Below, piece after piece: positions 1-12,399 of a DNA stretch of 64,000 bases. The notes below the pieces were generated by a model. The model saw only the letters and a list, made by a program, of their open reading frames with translations. It made no database searches and was not told the origin of the DNA. A program made the position numbers and the translations under genes. How positions within the stretch are numbered: the first letter of the stretch is position 1; each line of letters starts with the position of its first letter. This DNA comes from Selaginella moellendorffii (lineage: Eukaryota; Plantae; Lycopodiophyta): assembly GCF_000143415.4 (NCBI RefSeq), contig NW_003314288.1, positions 930,735-994,734 of the forward strand. The letters are read 5' to 3'.

Positions 1-3000
1 GACCTTGTCCTTGTTTAGCCATAAGATCACCTAGTAATCTCATTTTGACCCCTTAATAGGTCTACCAATAGGAATTAGGTCTTCCAGACCTTACTAAGTT
101 GTTGACTAAGTTGTGGGGGCATCCCCCACACTTGGCGGTGCGCCCAAGCTAGCCCTTCCGGCCAAGGATCCATAGCAACTGAGACTGGGTGTCCCTATCT
201 CATTCACCACGTCCTTGGTGCTTTTTGCACCAAAGTGTTCAAGTTAGATATGCCGAGCTTTCACTCTAAGCAATCTAACCGTGCATCACGACTTCGGGGC
301 ATCCCCCGCTTGGCGGTGTGCCCAAACCAATCTCCTCATTGAGAGTCCATGACCACTGAAATATGAGTGTCCTCATATTCCAAACCATCACCACGCCCTA
401 GCGATTTGGGACTCGAACCCAAGCACTAGAGGGTCGGGACTTGAACCCAACCTCCGTATATGCATCTACGGACGGCATCACCCAGGATGCCTGGCGTGAC
501 TCCCCACGCCGATGCACCAATTTATACTCAAAGCGCGCTACAGATCACAGCTTAGGAACCTAGTTCCTCCACACTGCCAAGTCCTCTCACTTGACAAGTC
601 TGTGATCATGCATGGACTCCTCCATGCTTGGCCCCATGGCCCACCCCTTTTGAAGTTATCACCTTCAACTAGGGTATTTGTTCCCCTGACTTGACAATCT
701 CGCTTTGGCAAGCCCTCCGACCACTGTAACATGGTTCCTGCACAAGCGTGAAAGCCCTTGATCATCGACTTTCATTCAAAGCCCTCTCTTTGAACACTCG
801 GGAACTACTTCCCTAACCTTGATAGCCTTGCCTCATGGCAAGCTTCAAGACCACGCTTCTGCTGCGCCACTCTAATTTTGCGCGTTCCTTGAACCATTTA
901 CGCTTGGCCTTTCTAGGTACTAAGCTACCTAGAATCATCTTTGGGAACCTTGAAGGAACTCTGTCCTTTAGCTTGCTAAGGCCTCCCTTTTTGCAAGCTT
1001 GCCAATTACCATATAGTCTAACATGGACATTTCCATATTTTAGACTCTCCATGGCATCACGGTTGCTAGCGGCAACACCCTCGAGCCCCCACTTGATTCT
1101 CCACTCCCAGCTGGCATAACCAACCTTGGTTATGCCTTTCGATTCCTATGGTTTGGTTCTACCCCCATACTTCTTGCTTTTGGCTTCACACCTTTCCTTC
1201 GGTCATTCTCCTCCAGACCAGGAGGATAGCTTTGCACTTTCTATCATGCCTTAGCAAGTATTCTTAGGGATGAACCTACCCGATAGCCTAGGGAGTGGTT
1301 CCTCAATCTAGGTATGCTCACCCTATAATCCCACACCCCGAGATTATGTTGTTGCTTAAGGGCCTTTACATGCCCATTGCTAGTTTTGCCAAAATTCCAT
1401 TTTTGGCTTTGTCCAATTCGAGTAGACAGTCTTCTCCTGTCTCCGCCACCTTGGACATTTGGGATAGCACCTTCTATCCATCATTCGCCAGGGACTTAGT
1501 CCCTTGGGCCTTATCTATTGCCCTCGCGACATCAAACACCACCTCCTGGTGTTCTAGAGTGTTCGGGTGTCCTAATGACGGCTTCCTTGACAATGAGTAT
1601 TTCCTTTCATGACATTGACTTACTATATCGCAACATAAGCAACTTATCCCCCGTAAGGGTATATCCAACTTCCTTATGCCATTAAGAAGGCTTGGGTAGC
1701 TACCTTCTACCCGTTTAACCAATTATTTTGCACCTCTTACTTAGTTGCCTCATAGTTGTCAAGTCCTACAACTCATTACTGGTGCTTCCACACCTCCATC
1801 ATTATCTGGGTCACCACACTCCAACTGCATGCTCTGCAACTTAGGTTATGCCATTCCCATTTCCATTGGGATTCCTTTGGCAAGGGGTTCTCATGAACCC
1901 ACCAACATAGCCTCAAGGTATCACATCTTGGCACATTTGGTGTCTCCACACCATCGGCTCTACGAGCCTACCTCTATGACACTTTTTTTTTGTGTCTAAG
2001 TCTTTGCCAAGACCAATACCACTCTTTCTCATGCCAACCATCCGTTAGCACTGCACCATAGAGGTCACACACAACTTTGTTTCAAAGTTGTTTTCTTTTG
2101 GGAACACCCTTCCCACGACTTTAGCATGGCACCTTTTGCCATCGATGAGATACCCTTTATTCTTATCCTTGGATCCTATGATCCCCCCCATCCTTCGTGG
2201 GGTACCACTCAGTCCAAATGCTTCCATCAATCCTTTAGGATTATTCCTTGACTCTATTGGAGTCATCCAGCTTTTTGGACTTTGTCATCCGACGACCCAT
2301 GAGGTCCTACCTTTGAGGTGCCAGCTCACTGGAATACAACTTCTTGTATTCAGGTCCTACTCACAAGGACCATCTTTGCAAGTGTTACTCCGACACTTGA
2401 TTTGTTCTCTTGGGGCAACCTTTGGCCTCTTAGGACCACTTGTCCATGTGATGAGAATACCAACTCATCCTCTAAGTACATTCCCAACTCCTTGGGTTGT
2501 TCCAGCATTTATCAAGGGGAACCTCAGCTACCATTTCGAGGACTTGTGTCCTCTCCTATACTTGACCTCCCATGGTCATCAATTCCGGTCTCAAAGTTAT
2601 GAGCACCGGCCTCAACTATATGAGGGTAATCTTGTGACTCCTTTATTATTTTGGAGTCTACATCTTTCCCGTGATCCCAATTATAGTTGTTTACCACAAC
2701 TACGTTAGCCCGTTTGCTGCGTCAAACACTCATCTGGATCACATCCTCAGCTCTCTGAGGAAACCTTATACTATTCCCAAGATCCCAAAGTCGTTCTATT
2801 ATTGGCCCTTTTCTATCCACCACATCGTGCCCAAGTTCACGTATGAAATTGAGTGGAGAGCCATGTCCTCTCGACGTGCTACTCCTCAAGGATAGGCCCC
2901 CTCCTAGGACCTTCCAATGCCAACATCAATGGTGATATACTTGAGCACAATTAAAAGTCGGACTAAGGAACAGCTCTGATACCAAGTTGTAAGCGACTAA

Positions 3001-4240
3001 TTTTTCCATTCTACTTTAGTCACTTAACCACACCTTCAACCGCTTGGAGGAGTCTCATTCACAACCTCCTTAAGTCCAATTCAGGACTTGGGGCTTGCTA
3101 GCCCAAGAATGGCATCCATGCCACTCATCGCTTGCACTTAGTCCAAGTGCTCCACGTGTCCGGTCCCAAGACCGACACCCAAAGGCACCACTAACATATC
3201 AGCCCGTTATGCTAAGGCCATGCCCATTCACCTTTGCTGCACTAGTGGTCCAATACCACTTGCATCACAATCCCATCTCTCCAAGACTGGGCCATCCGTC
3301 CACGAGTGGTCAACCCAGATCCACTCTTTAGCATCCTTAGGATGCCCACAGATATGGGGAATAGCCTTCCCCAATATCCCTTTGTCAGTTCCTACCAAGT
3401 CCCTTTTCTGTACATGGCCATGTTCGCCAACACTACCACTCGATCAAGGCCCACAGGCCCGACCACTAAGTCCCATGGTCCTCTGGGACTTCCTCACCAC
3501 ACAACTATGCCCTTGGTCACTACCCCAGAGGACTGCTCCTCTTCCTTTCCACAGTCTGGGCCTTTGGGACAACATTTCCGAACACCGTGGCCTTACGCGA
3601 GCCACCTGGGTACTCTCCCCGCCTTTCGCCTTTAGGTGCTCTAGCCATGGGCTTAGAGCGAGGTTCCATTGAGCCACGCCTGGTATCCAAGTAAGTAGTG
3701 CCACCCACACTTGGACTGGGAGCATCGGCCAATCGATCTCCCGGGGGAACTAGAGTCGGCTCTTGAACACTTCACCAAACCACCCCGCTTGTCAGTCCGT
3801 ATTCACTCTAGTCTTGGACTTCCCAGTGGTCAGTTCATCACCCAACACTGGGTCTGGCCTTCCTAGGCCAAACTGGCCTTTCCTGGCCAAACTGGCTCCA
3901 CTGCAGTCCTCCCCCTTACTATACTTTTGGAGCTCACCAAACCCCCCAGGGTCTGGGAGACGAACGCTTTGGGCTTTCACCCTCTCAGACTCGAACTCGG
4001 ACTCGGACTCGGACTCGGACTCGGGCTCGGGCTCGGTCTCAGCCTTGGCCTCAGTCTCGGTCCTGGTCCCGGTCCCGGTCTCGGTCTTGGTCTCGGTCTC
4101 GGTCTCGGTCTCGGTCCCGGTCCCGGTCTCGGTCTCGACCTCGGACTCCATCTCGGGTCCTTCTCGGACTCCATCTTGGACTCCATCTTGGACTCCGTCT
4201 CGGTCCATCTCGGACTCTATCTCGGACTCCATCTCGGGCT
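1..4240 (-). mobile_element. Non-autonomous LTR retrotransposon (LARD-like), minus-strand copy: 5'-truncated LTR 4240->2988, PBS, internal region running off the left edge
   Basis: GCTCTGATACCA at 2973-2984 is the reverse complement of the tRNA-iMet PBS TGGTATCAGAGC and lies 3 nt from the LTR end (TGTAAGCG at 2988). 2988-4240 is the reverse complement of about 8120-9373. No gag or pol motifs were recognised in the internal region. Confidence 0.75.
2973..2984 (-). promoter_or_regulatory. Primer-binding site (tRNA-iMet)
   Basis: Minus strand reads ...CGCTTACA-ACT-TGGTATCAGAGC. Confidence 0.85.
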
Positions 4241-7200
4241 CCAAAAAGCTGGATGACTCCAATAGAGTCAAGGAATAATCCTAAAGGATTGATGGAAGCA
4301 TTTGGATTGAGTGGTACCCCACGAAGGATGGGGGGGATCATAGGATCCAAGGATAAGAATAAAGGGTATCTCATCGATGGCAAAAGGTGCCATGCTAAAG
4401 TCGTGGGAAGGGTGTTCCCAAAAGAAAACAACTTTGAAACAAAGTTGTGTGTGACCTCTATGGTGCAGTGCTAATGGATGGTTGGCATGAGAAAGAGTGG
4501 TATTGGTCTTGGCAAAGACTTAGACACAAAAAAAAAAGTGTCATAGAGGTAGGCTCGTGGAGCCGATGGTGTAGAGACACCAAATGTGCCAAGGTGTGAT
4601 ACTTTGAGGCTATGTTGGTGGGTTCATGAGAACCCCCTGCCAAAGGAATCCCAATGGAAATGGGAATGGCATAACCTAAGTTGCAAAGTATGCAGTTGGA
4701 GTGTGGTGACCCAGATAATGATGGAGGTGTGGAAGCACCAACAATGAGTTGTAGGACTTGACAACTATGAGGCAACTAAGCAAGAGGTGCAAAATAGTTG
4801 GTTAAACGGGTAGAAGGTAGCTACCCAAGCCTTCTTAATGGCATAAGGAAGTTGGATATACCCTTACGGGGGATAAGTTGCTTATGTTGCGATATAGTAA
4901 GTCAATGTCATGAAAGGAAATACTCATTGTCAAGGAAGCCGTCATTAGGACACCCGAACACTCTAGAACACCAGGAGGTGGTGTTTGATGTCGCGAGGGC
5001 AATAGATAAGGCCCAAGGGACTAAGTCCCTGGCGAATGATGGATAGAAGGTGCTATCCCAAATGTCCAAGGTGGCGGAGACAGGAGAAGACTGTCTACTC
5101 GAATTGGACAAAGCCAAAAATGGAATTTTGGCAAAACTAGCGATGGGCATGTAAAGGCCCTTAAGCAACAACATAATCTCGGTGTGTGGGATTATAGGGT
5201 GAGCATACCTGGATTGAGGAACCACTCCCTAGGCTATCGGGTAGGTTCATCCCTAAGAATACTTGCTAAGGCATAATAGAAAGTGCAAAGCTATCCTCCT
5301 AGTCGAGAGGAGAATGACCGAAGGAAAGGTGTGAAGCCAAAAGCAAGAAGTATGGGGGTAGAACCAAACCATAGGAATCGAAGGGCATAACCAAGGGTAG
5401 TTATGCCAGCTGGGAGTGGAGAATCAAGTGGGGGCTCGAGAGTGTTGCCGCTAGCAACCGTGATGCCATGGAGAGTCTAAAATATGGAAATGTCCATGTT
5501 AGACTATATGGTAATTGGAAAGCTTGCAAAAAGGGAGGCCTTAGCAAGCTAAGGGACAGAGTTCCTTCAAGGTTCCCAAAGATGATTCTAGGTAGCTTAG
5601 TACCTAGAAAGGCCAAGCGTAAATAGTTCAATGTACGCGCGAAATCAGAGTGGCGCAGCAGAAGCGTGGCTTGAAGCTTGCCATGAGGCAAGGCTATCAA
5701 GGTTATGGAAGTAGTTCCCGAGTGTTCAAAGAGAGGGCTTTGAACGAAAGTCGATGATCAAGGGCTTTCACGCTTGTGCAGGAACCATGTTACAGTGGTC
5801 GGAGGACTTGCCAAAGCGAGATTGGCAAGTCAGGGGAACAAATACCCTAGTTGAAGGTGATAACTTCAAAAAGGGTGGGCTATGGGGCCAAGCATGGAGG
5901 AGTCCATGCATGATCACAGACTTGTCAAGTGAGAGGACTTGGCAATGTGGAGGAACTAGGTTCCTAAGCTGTGATCTATAGCGCGCTTTGAGTATAAGTT
6001 GGTGCACCGGCGTGGGGAGTCACGCCAGGCATCCTGGGTGATGCCGTCCGTAGATGCATATACGGAGGTTGGGTTCGAGTCCCGACCCTCTAGTGCTTGG
6101 GTTCGAGTCCCAAATCACTAAGGCGTGGTGATGGTTTGGAATATGAGGACACTCATATTTCGGTGGTCATGGACTCTCAGTGAGGAGACTGGTTTGGGCA
6201 CACCGCTAAGCGAGGGATGCCTCGGAGTCGTGATGCACGGTTAGATTGCTTAGAGTGAAAGCTCGGCATATCTAACTTGAACACTTTGGTGCAAAAGGCA
6301 TCAAGGACGTGGTGAATGAGATGGGGACACCCAGTCTCAGTTGCTATGGATCCTTGGCCGGAAGGGCTAGCTTGGGCGCACCGCCAAGTGTGGGGGATGC
6401 CCCCGGGGTCATAGTCAACAACTTAGTAAGGTCTGGAAGACCTAGTCCCTATTGGTAGACCTATTAAGGGGTCAAGACGAGATCACTAGGTGATCTTGTG
6501 GCTAAACAAGGACAAGGTCTTTGTTTGGGTTAAAGGATATGATTCCTAGTTCAAAGTGTTGATTTGAACTACTGATAATGGTGTGGCTTGGTCAAGGTGA
6601 CCAAGTGGGAAGAGCACCTATGGGAAATGAGCTATGTCACGGCTATGGCATAGTAAGTCCGAGGAAAGTGGCCTTTATGAAAGATCCAAGGGAGGGTCTC
6701 AAAAGTTGGGCCATAGATAAAGCCCACAGCAGGAAATGCTAAAGTGACATACTAGGGGTGAGCACCCTTTGGACTTGGCAAAGTAAAGTCTTTGCTATGG
6801 AATCAAGAGAATACCTCAAGGAGGGAGGTAATGATCCTATGTTGCTTGGTGCAACAATCCAAGGATAGGAGCAAAAGACGAGTGCCCAAGATAGGGCCGT
6901 GGAATCCATTGGAAAGAATCCAAGTGGCAAAGTTAACCAAGGAACACTAATGTGTTTGATGCTAATGGATTGCGGAAAAAGAAGTGGACTTCCAAGGATG
7001 GATTCCCAAGTGCTCCAGTTTGGCAAAGGAAAGGCTCCAAGTGAGGGAGCAACTAAGTAGCCAAAAGATAGGGCCGTGGACAGCCCTAGCACAAATAATG
7101 ATAAATGGAACGTAATGCCAATGGTGGCACAAAAATAGAAAAGAGAATGAGGGTGCCCTCGAGTAGAGAACTTCCTAGGAGGGGAAGTGGGGTTGCACAA

Positions 7201-9373
7201 AATGTGCAAGGCAAGGTGTCGGAGACACCTAGGAAATTGACTCCAAAAAGTCAAAAATAAACGTTCCAAAGTGCAAAGGTAGATCAATGGAATTTGTGAC
7301 TACTCAAAAATGAGTAGTGGAATTGAGTTAGAGAGGGTGCCTCTAACGGGTTTAGCGAGAGCTGAACCAATAAAAAGGAGCAACCCACCCCAGGTGGTCA
7401 AGTGAGTCTCTAAGTTGGAGAGACTATCCTCCTTAGAGGATGGGCAAGGCATGGTGAGCCTTCAATGTCAAACTATTGACAAATATTGGCTAGGTGCCAA
7501 GGATGGAAATGGTAACACATGCGAGTGTTACTTTATAAAATGGTTTACCGTTCGATGAAGACATCGAACTTCGTCTATGGGTGGTGGAGTTGTGAGACAC
7601 AAAATCCCTAGGCCCCAAAGTGGAGCCGGAAAGGGTGCCACGTGGTAGTGGCCGAAGCGAAAGCCCAAACGAGCGTAACACGTTTGGACTAAAAGCTCTA
7701 ACTTAGAAGGTCGAGAACGGGAGTGGAACTCCCAACAAAGTGCTCAAGGAGCGAGCACGAAGCGAGCAATAAGCAAGGCTCCAAAAAGGGACCCAAAAAG
7801 AACCAACACATGACACGTGGAAGTGTCCGAGATGGAGTCTGAGACGGACCCTAGTTGGAGTCCGAGATGGACTCGAAGTGGAGTCCGATATGGAGTCCGA
7901 AGTGGAGTCCGAGGTGGACCGAGACGGAGTCCGAGATGGAGTCCGAGGTGGACCGAGACGGAGTCCGAGATAGACCCGAGATGGAGTCCGAGATGGAGTC
8001 CGAGATGGACCCGAGATGGAGTCCGAGATGGAGTCCGAGGTGGACCGAGACGGAGTCCGAGATGGACCCGAGATGGAGTCCGAGATGGACCGAGACGGAG
8101 TCTGAGATGGAGTCCGAGATGGAGTCCGAGATGGACCGAGATGGAGTCCGAGAAGGACCCGAGATGGAGTCCGAGGTCGAGACCGAGACCGGGACCAAGA
8201 CCGAGACCGAGACTGGGACCAAGACCGAGACCGAGACTGAGACCGGGACCGAGACCGAGACCCGGACCGGGACCGAGACCGAGACCGAGGCCAAGGCTGA
8301 GAATGAGCCCAAGCCCGAGTCTGAGTCCGAGTCCGAGTCCGATTCCGAGTCCGAGTCCGAGTCCGAGTTCGAGTCTGAGAGGGTGAAAGCCCAAAGCGTT
8401 CGTCTCCTAGACCCTGGGGGGTTTGGTGAGCTCCAAAAGTATAGTAAGGGGGAGGACTGCAGTGGAGCCAGTTTGGCCAGGAAAGGTCAGTTTGGCCCAG
8501 GAAGGCCAGACCCAGTGTTGGGTGATGAACTGACCACTGGGAAGTCCAAGACTAGAGTGAATATGGACCGACAAGCGGGGTGGCTTGGTGAAGTGTTCAA
8601 GAGCCGGCTCTAGTTCCCCCGGGAGATCGACTGGCCGATGCTCCCAGTCCAAGTGTGGGTGGCACTACCTACTTGGATACCAGGCGTGGCTCAACGGAAC
8701 CTCGCTCTAAGCCCATGGCTAGAGCACCTAAAGGCGAAAGGCGGGGAGAGTACCCAGGTGGCTCGCGTAAGGCCACGGTGTTCGGAAATGTTGTCCCAAA
8801 GGCCTAGACTGTGGAAAGGAAGAGGAGCAGTCCTCTGGGGTAGTGACCAAGGACACAGTCGTGTGGTGAGGATGTCCCAGAGGACCATGGACTTAGGGGT
8901 CGGGCCTGTGGGCCTCGATCCAGTGGCAGTGTTGGTAAACACGGCCAAGGGCAGAAAGGGACTTGGTAGGAACTGACAAGGGGACTTTGGGGAAGGCAAT
9001 TCCCCAGGTCTGTGGGCATCCTAAGGATGCTAAGGAGTGGATCTAGGATGACCACTTGTGGACAGATGGCCCAGTCTTGGAGAGACGGGATTGTGATGCA
9101 AGTGGTATTGGACCACTAGTGCAGCAAAGGTGAATGGGCATGGCCTTAGCGTAACGGGCCGAGATGCCAGTGGTACCTTTGGGTGTTGGTCTTGGAACCG
9201 GACACGTGGAGCACTTGGACCAGGTGCAAGTGTTGAGTGGCATGGATGCCATTCTTGGGGCTAGCAAGTCCCAAGTCCTGAATTGGACTAATGGAGGTTG
9301 TGAATGAGACTCCTCCAAGTGGTCGGAGGTGTGGTTAAGTGACTAAGTAGAATGGAAAATTTAGTCGTTTACA
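4241..9373 (+). mobile_element. Second copy of the same non-autonomous LTR element (plus strand, 5'-truncated): internal region 4241-7590, 3' LTR 7591-9373
   Basis: 4241-6519 is the reverse complement of 2278-1 with scattered substitutions. A purine-rich PPT-like tract GGGTGGTGGAG precedes TGTGAGAC at 7591. The LTR ends ...GTCGTTTACA at 9373, matching the LTR end next to the PBS in the other copy. Confidence 0.75.
7820..8375 (+). repeat. Hexamer/12-mer tandem repeat inside the LTR (GGAGTCCGAGAT, GAGACC, GAGTCC); reverse-complement copy at about 3985-4240
   Basis: Directly visible tandem units. They generate low-complexity ORFs in several frames (ESEM, PRWS, LG repeats). Confidence 0.95.
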
Positions 9374-12300
9374 AGACAACAACAACAAAACCAGGAAAGC
9401 AAATTCAAGAAAATGATAATTCAAGAAAACTCTAGCACAACATCAAATGTACAAACACAATCTTGATCCACTCAAGAAATAAGTGTAAGATTACATACAA
9501 GAAATACGAGAAGAGAAGAAACACTTGTAGAAAAAATTAGAAGTAAACAAGCAATAAAAGACTCAAGCTTAAATCGAAATCCTTGAGACTATATTCAAGA
9601 CATTCGACAAAATGACCTAAGCCACACAAGTTGGCAAATCAAGCAACATCAACACAACCAATGTCAAGGAAGACACAATCAACCAAAATTTAGACTTAGA
9701 TCAAGATTTACCACCACTCGAAATTCCTGATTACAAAGATTACAACACCGACAACTTTCAACCTTATCTAGCTTCTCTAGAAACTAAACCATCACCAACA
9801 GTAGAAAGATGGCACTCATCAACCCAACAACACCCTATGGCATCATGATTACATATCCAATCTTCACCAGTAGCAAAACTAAAGATGCAGAAAGACATTT
9901 CCAGCAATTCAACTAAATTATATAAGTCAATCAGTAAGAAGACAACAAAGAACTTCTATTCCCTTTCACACTTAAAAGAAAAAGATTAGAATGGTATTAT
10001 AATCTTGATGAAAAACTTAAGTTTCAGAAAAAGTTAAGCGATTCAAAGAGAAGTACCAACCCGGTGGCACAACAGCTAAATACTTAGAACATCTCAAAAG
10101 CATCAAACAAGGCAATAAAGAAGATATCAAAAACTATACCCAAAGATTCAAATATCAAGCAAAGTGCTACAAAAATTTACTCACTGAACAAGGTAAGTAT
10201 ATTTGGTATGTACAGGGATTGAAGAAGATATACCAGCAAATGGTTACTCTCACAAGTACAAAAGAAGATCTAGATGCTGAGACCTTTATTGACAATATTT
10301 CCAAGAAAATCAAGAACCTCAAGAAATAGCTTTGAAAATTTTTAAGAGTAGAAACAACAAGAACAAACGACTCTTCTGATGATAAGGAAGAATACAAACT
10401 CAAAGTCATGAAGAAAGACAAGAATCAAGACTTACCAAAATACTTAAAAAAGTTACAATCAAGAATGAACTTAAAGGAGTATAGTGTACAAAATGTAAGA
10501 ACAAAAGGCATATCCTAATAAAGTGTAAACTATTAATTCCTAAGTGTTAGATCTGTGAAAAATAAGGATATATAACAAAGATCTGTTGATACAAAAGAGC
10601 AACTAAAGTCACACGAGTCAAGAACATACCTTGAACTCCTACACCAACTAAAAGACATTACAATAAACCCAGACAAGAATCATAACAGTGGTAATTGAAC
10701 TACCAAAATCAAGGTACATATAATCATAACCCTAGATACCATCGACAATACAACAATGGCAACCAAAACAATCAATATCAGCAACTATACCAATAGGCTT
10801 ATCAGCAGCCTTATCGAGACAACCAACAATGGAGACCACCACCCCAGCAAAACAACTATTAATAACAATACCACAACAATCGACAATGGAAACCACCTCT
10901 GCAATAACTAAACTATCAACAACAAAATCAACAATATGATCCACCACCTAGAATATTTCCTTGCAACAACTATCAATAGCAACCTCAAACTCAAGAAATC
11001 CAACCTCAATACCAACAACAAAACCAAGGAAATCGACCTCAGCAACATTGAAGACCTCCTCCAACAACAAGAAATGTCAACATCGACTAAATCGAAGATG
11101 AACACTTTGAAGATGAACCTAAGGTAAGAGCTCTAACTTGAAGTCAGAAAAAACACTACACTCCTGAAGATGACCTTGAGGAAAAGTCAAAGAAAAAAAA
11201 CTCCAAGATGAAGTGCAAAAAATCTCAAGGCACGAATGATAACAAAACAAGAAGCTAGTCAACACAATTCAGCAAACCCTTCAACAACAACAACCTGAAA
11301 TTGAAGACGATCAGGAAATTGTGACTAAAACTTTGTTAAGAAAAGAGAAACAACCAAAACCCATCACCAACATTTTTCAACAAGGTATCACACTCACCCT
11401 TTTATAGGTAGCTTTATACTTGAGAAAACAACTTCTCAAGATATGTCAAACTTCTCCACCAAAACACTTCAGCTTAAGTCAAGAAAAAAACCAACAACTC
11501 ATCCCATAAGGCAAACATTCAACCTAGCGACTATGATGAAGATGTATCATGCATCCCAATCACGATAGGAAAAAACAAAGTTATATAAGTAATCATCAAT
11601 AGTAGAGCAAATATCAACATTATCGAGTATTCAAGTTGCAAAACAATGAGACTTGGACTAATCCACTCTACACTCTTCAACATCAAGATGGTTGACAATC
11701 GGAGTGTACAACCATCAGGAATCATGCATAATATTCCTATCAAGATTAAAGATCAAGAATTTAAGATAGCTTTCATCGTACTCATGGCGAAAGACCAAAG
11801 CTACTATGAAGTACTCCTCAAATGAACTTGGCTCAAGACAATAGACATTATCACATACTGGAGGAACAATACCATCACCATTTTAGTTGCAATAGACTAC
11901 ATGACAAAATGGGCTGAAGCTTAACCATTAAAGATTATTACAACAAAGAACACAATAAAGTTCATCTATGAAAACATCATCACAAGATATGGCTTACCTT
12001 GAGAACTTGTCATTTATCAAAGAACACACTTCATCAATAAAACCATCAAGATTCTAACTCATGAATTCACTATTCAGCACAAGGCTTCAACACCGTACTA
12101 CCCTCAAGGCAATGGTCAAGCAGAGTCTACAAACAAGACACTCAAAAACATTCTCATGAAAATCGTGAAAATAAATTAGAAAGACTAGGACGATCACATC
12201 TACAATGCCCTATAGGCATATTAAACCACATATAAAGTTTCAACAAATTTGACACCATTCAAGCTCACCTATGGCCTTGAAGTTTTGACACCACTCAAGT

Positions 12301-12398
12301 ATATAGTTCCATCACTACGAATGGCAATATAATATGAAATCAACCAAGAAGAATTGATCAAAAGAAGACTAACCATGCTAGAATAACTTATTGCTAGC
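9374..12398 (+). mobile_element. Degenerate A-rich Ty3/gypsy remnant: gag with CCHC knuckles, aspartic protease, RT/RNaseH deleted, integrase
   Basis: About 10486-10590 reads CTKCKNKRHILIKC and C*ICEK*GYITKIC. About 11548-11840 is protease-like (VIINSRANINII...YEVLLK*TWL). About 11880 jumps straight to integrase (LVAIDYMTKWAEA...STPYYPQGNGQAESTNK). Many stops. Confidence 0.85.
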
Positions 12399-12399
12399 T

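Noticed and set aside
512-7287. Many 60-200 aa ORFs in the LTR-element interior
   Set aside because: No recognisable motifs; apparent conservation only reflects the inverted duplication, and several ORFs differ by indels or stops between the arms.
7820-8375. CRISPR-like appearance of regular short repeats
   Set aside because: Contiguous tandem units with no unique spacers, in a eukaryotic LTR context.
7744-8613. Long ORFs in several frames (ESEM-, PRWS-, LG-rich), also at 3763-4431
   Set aside because: By-products of stop-free hexamer repeats within an LTR; no domain evidence.
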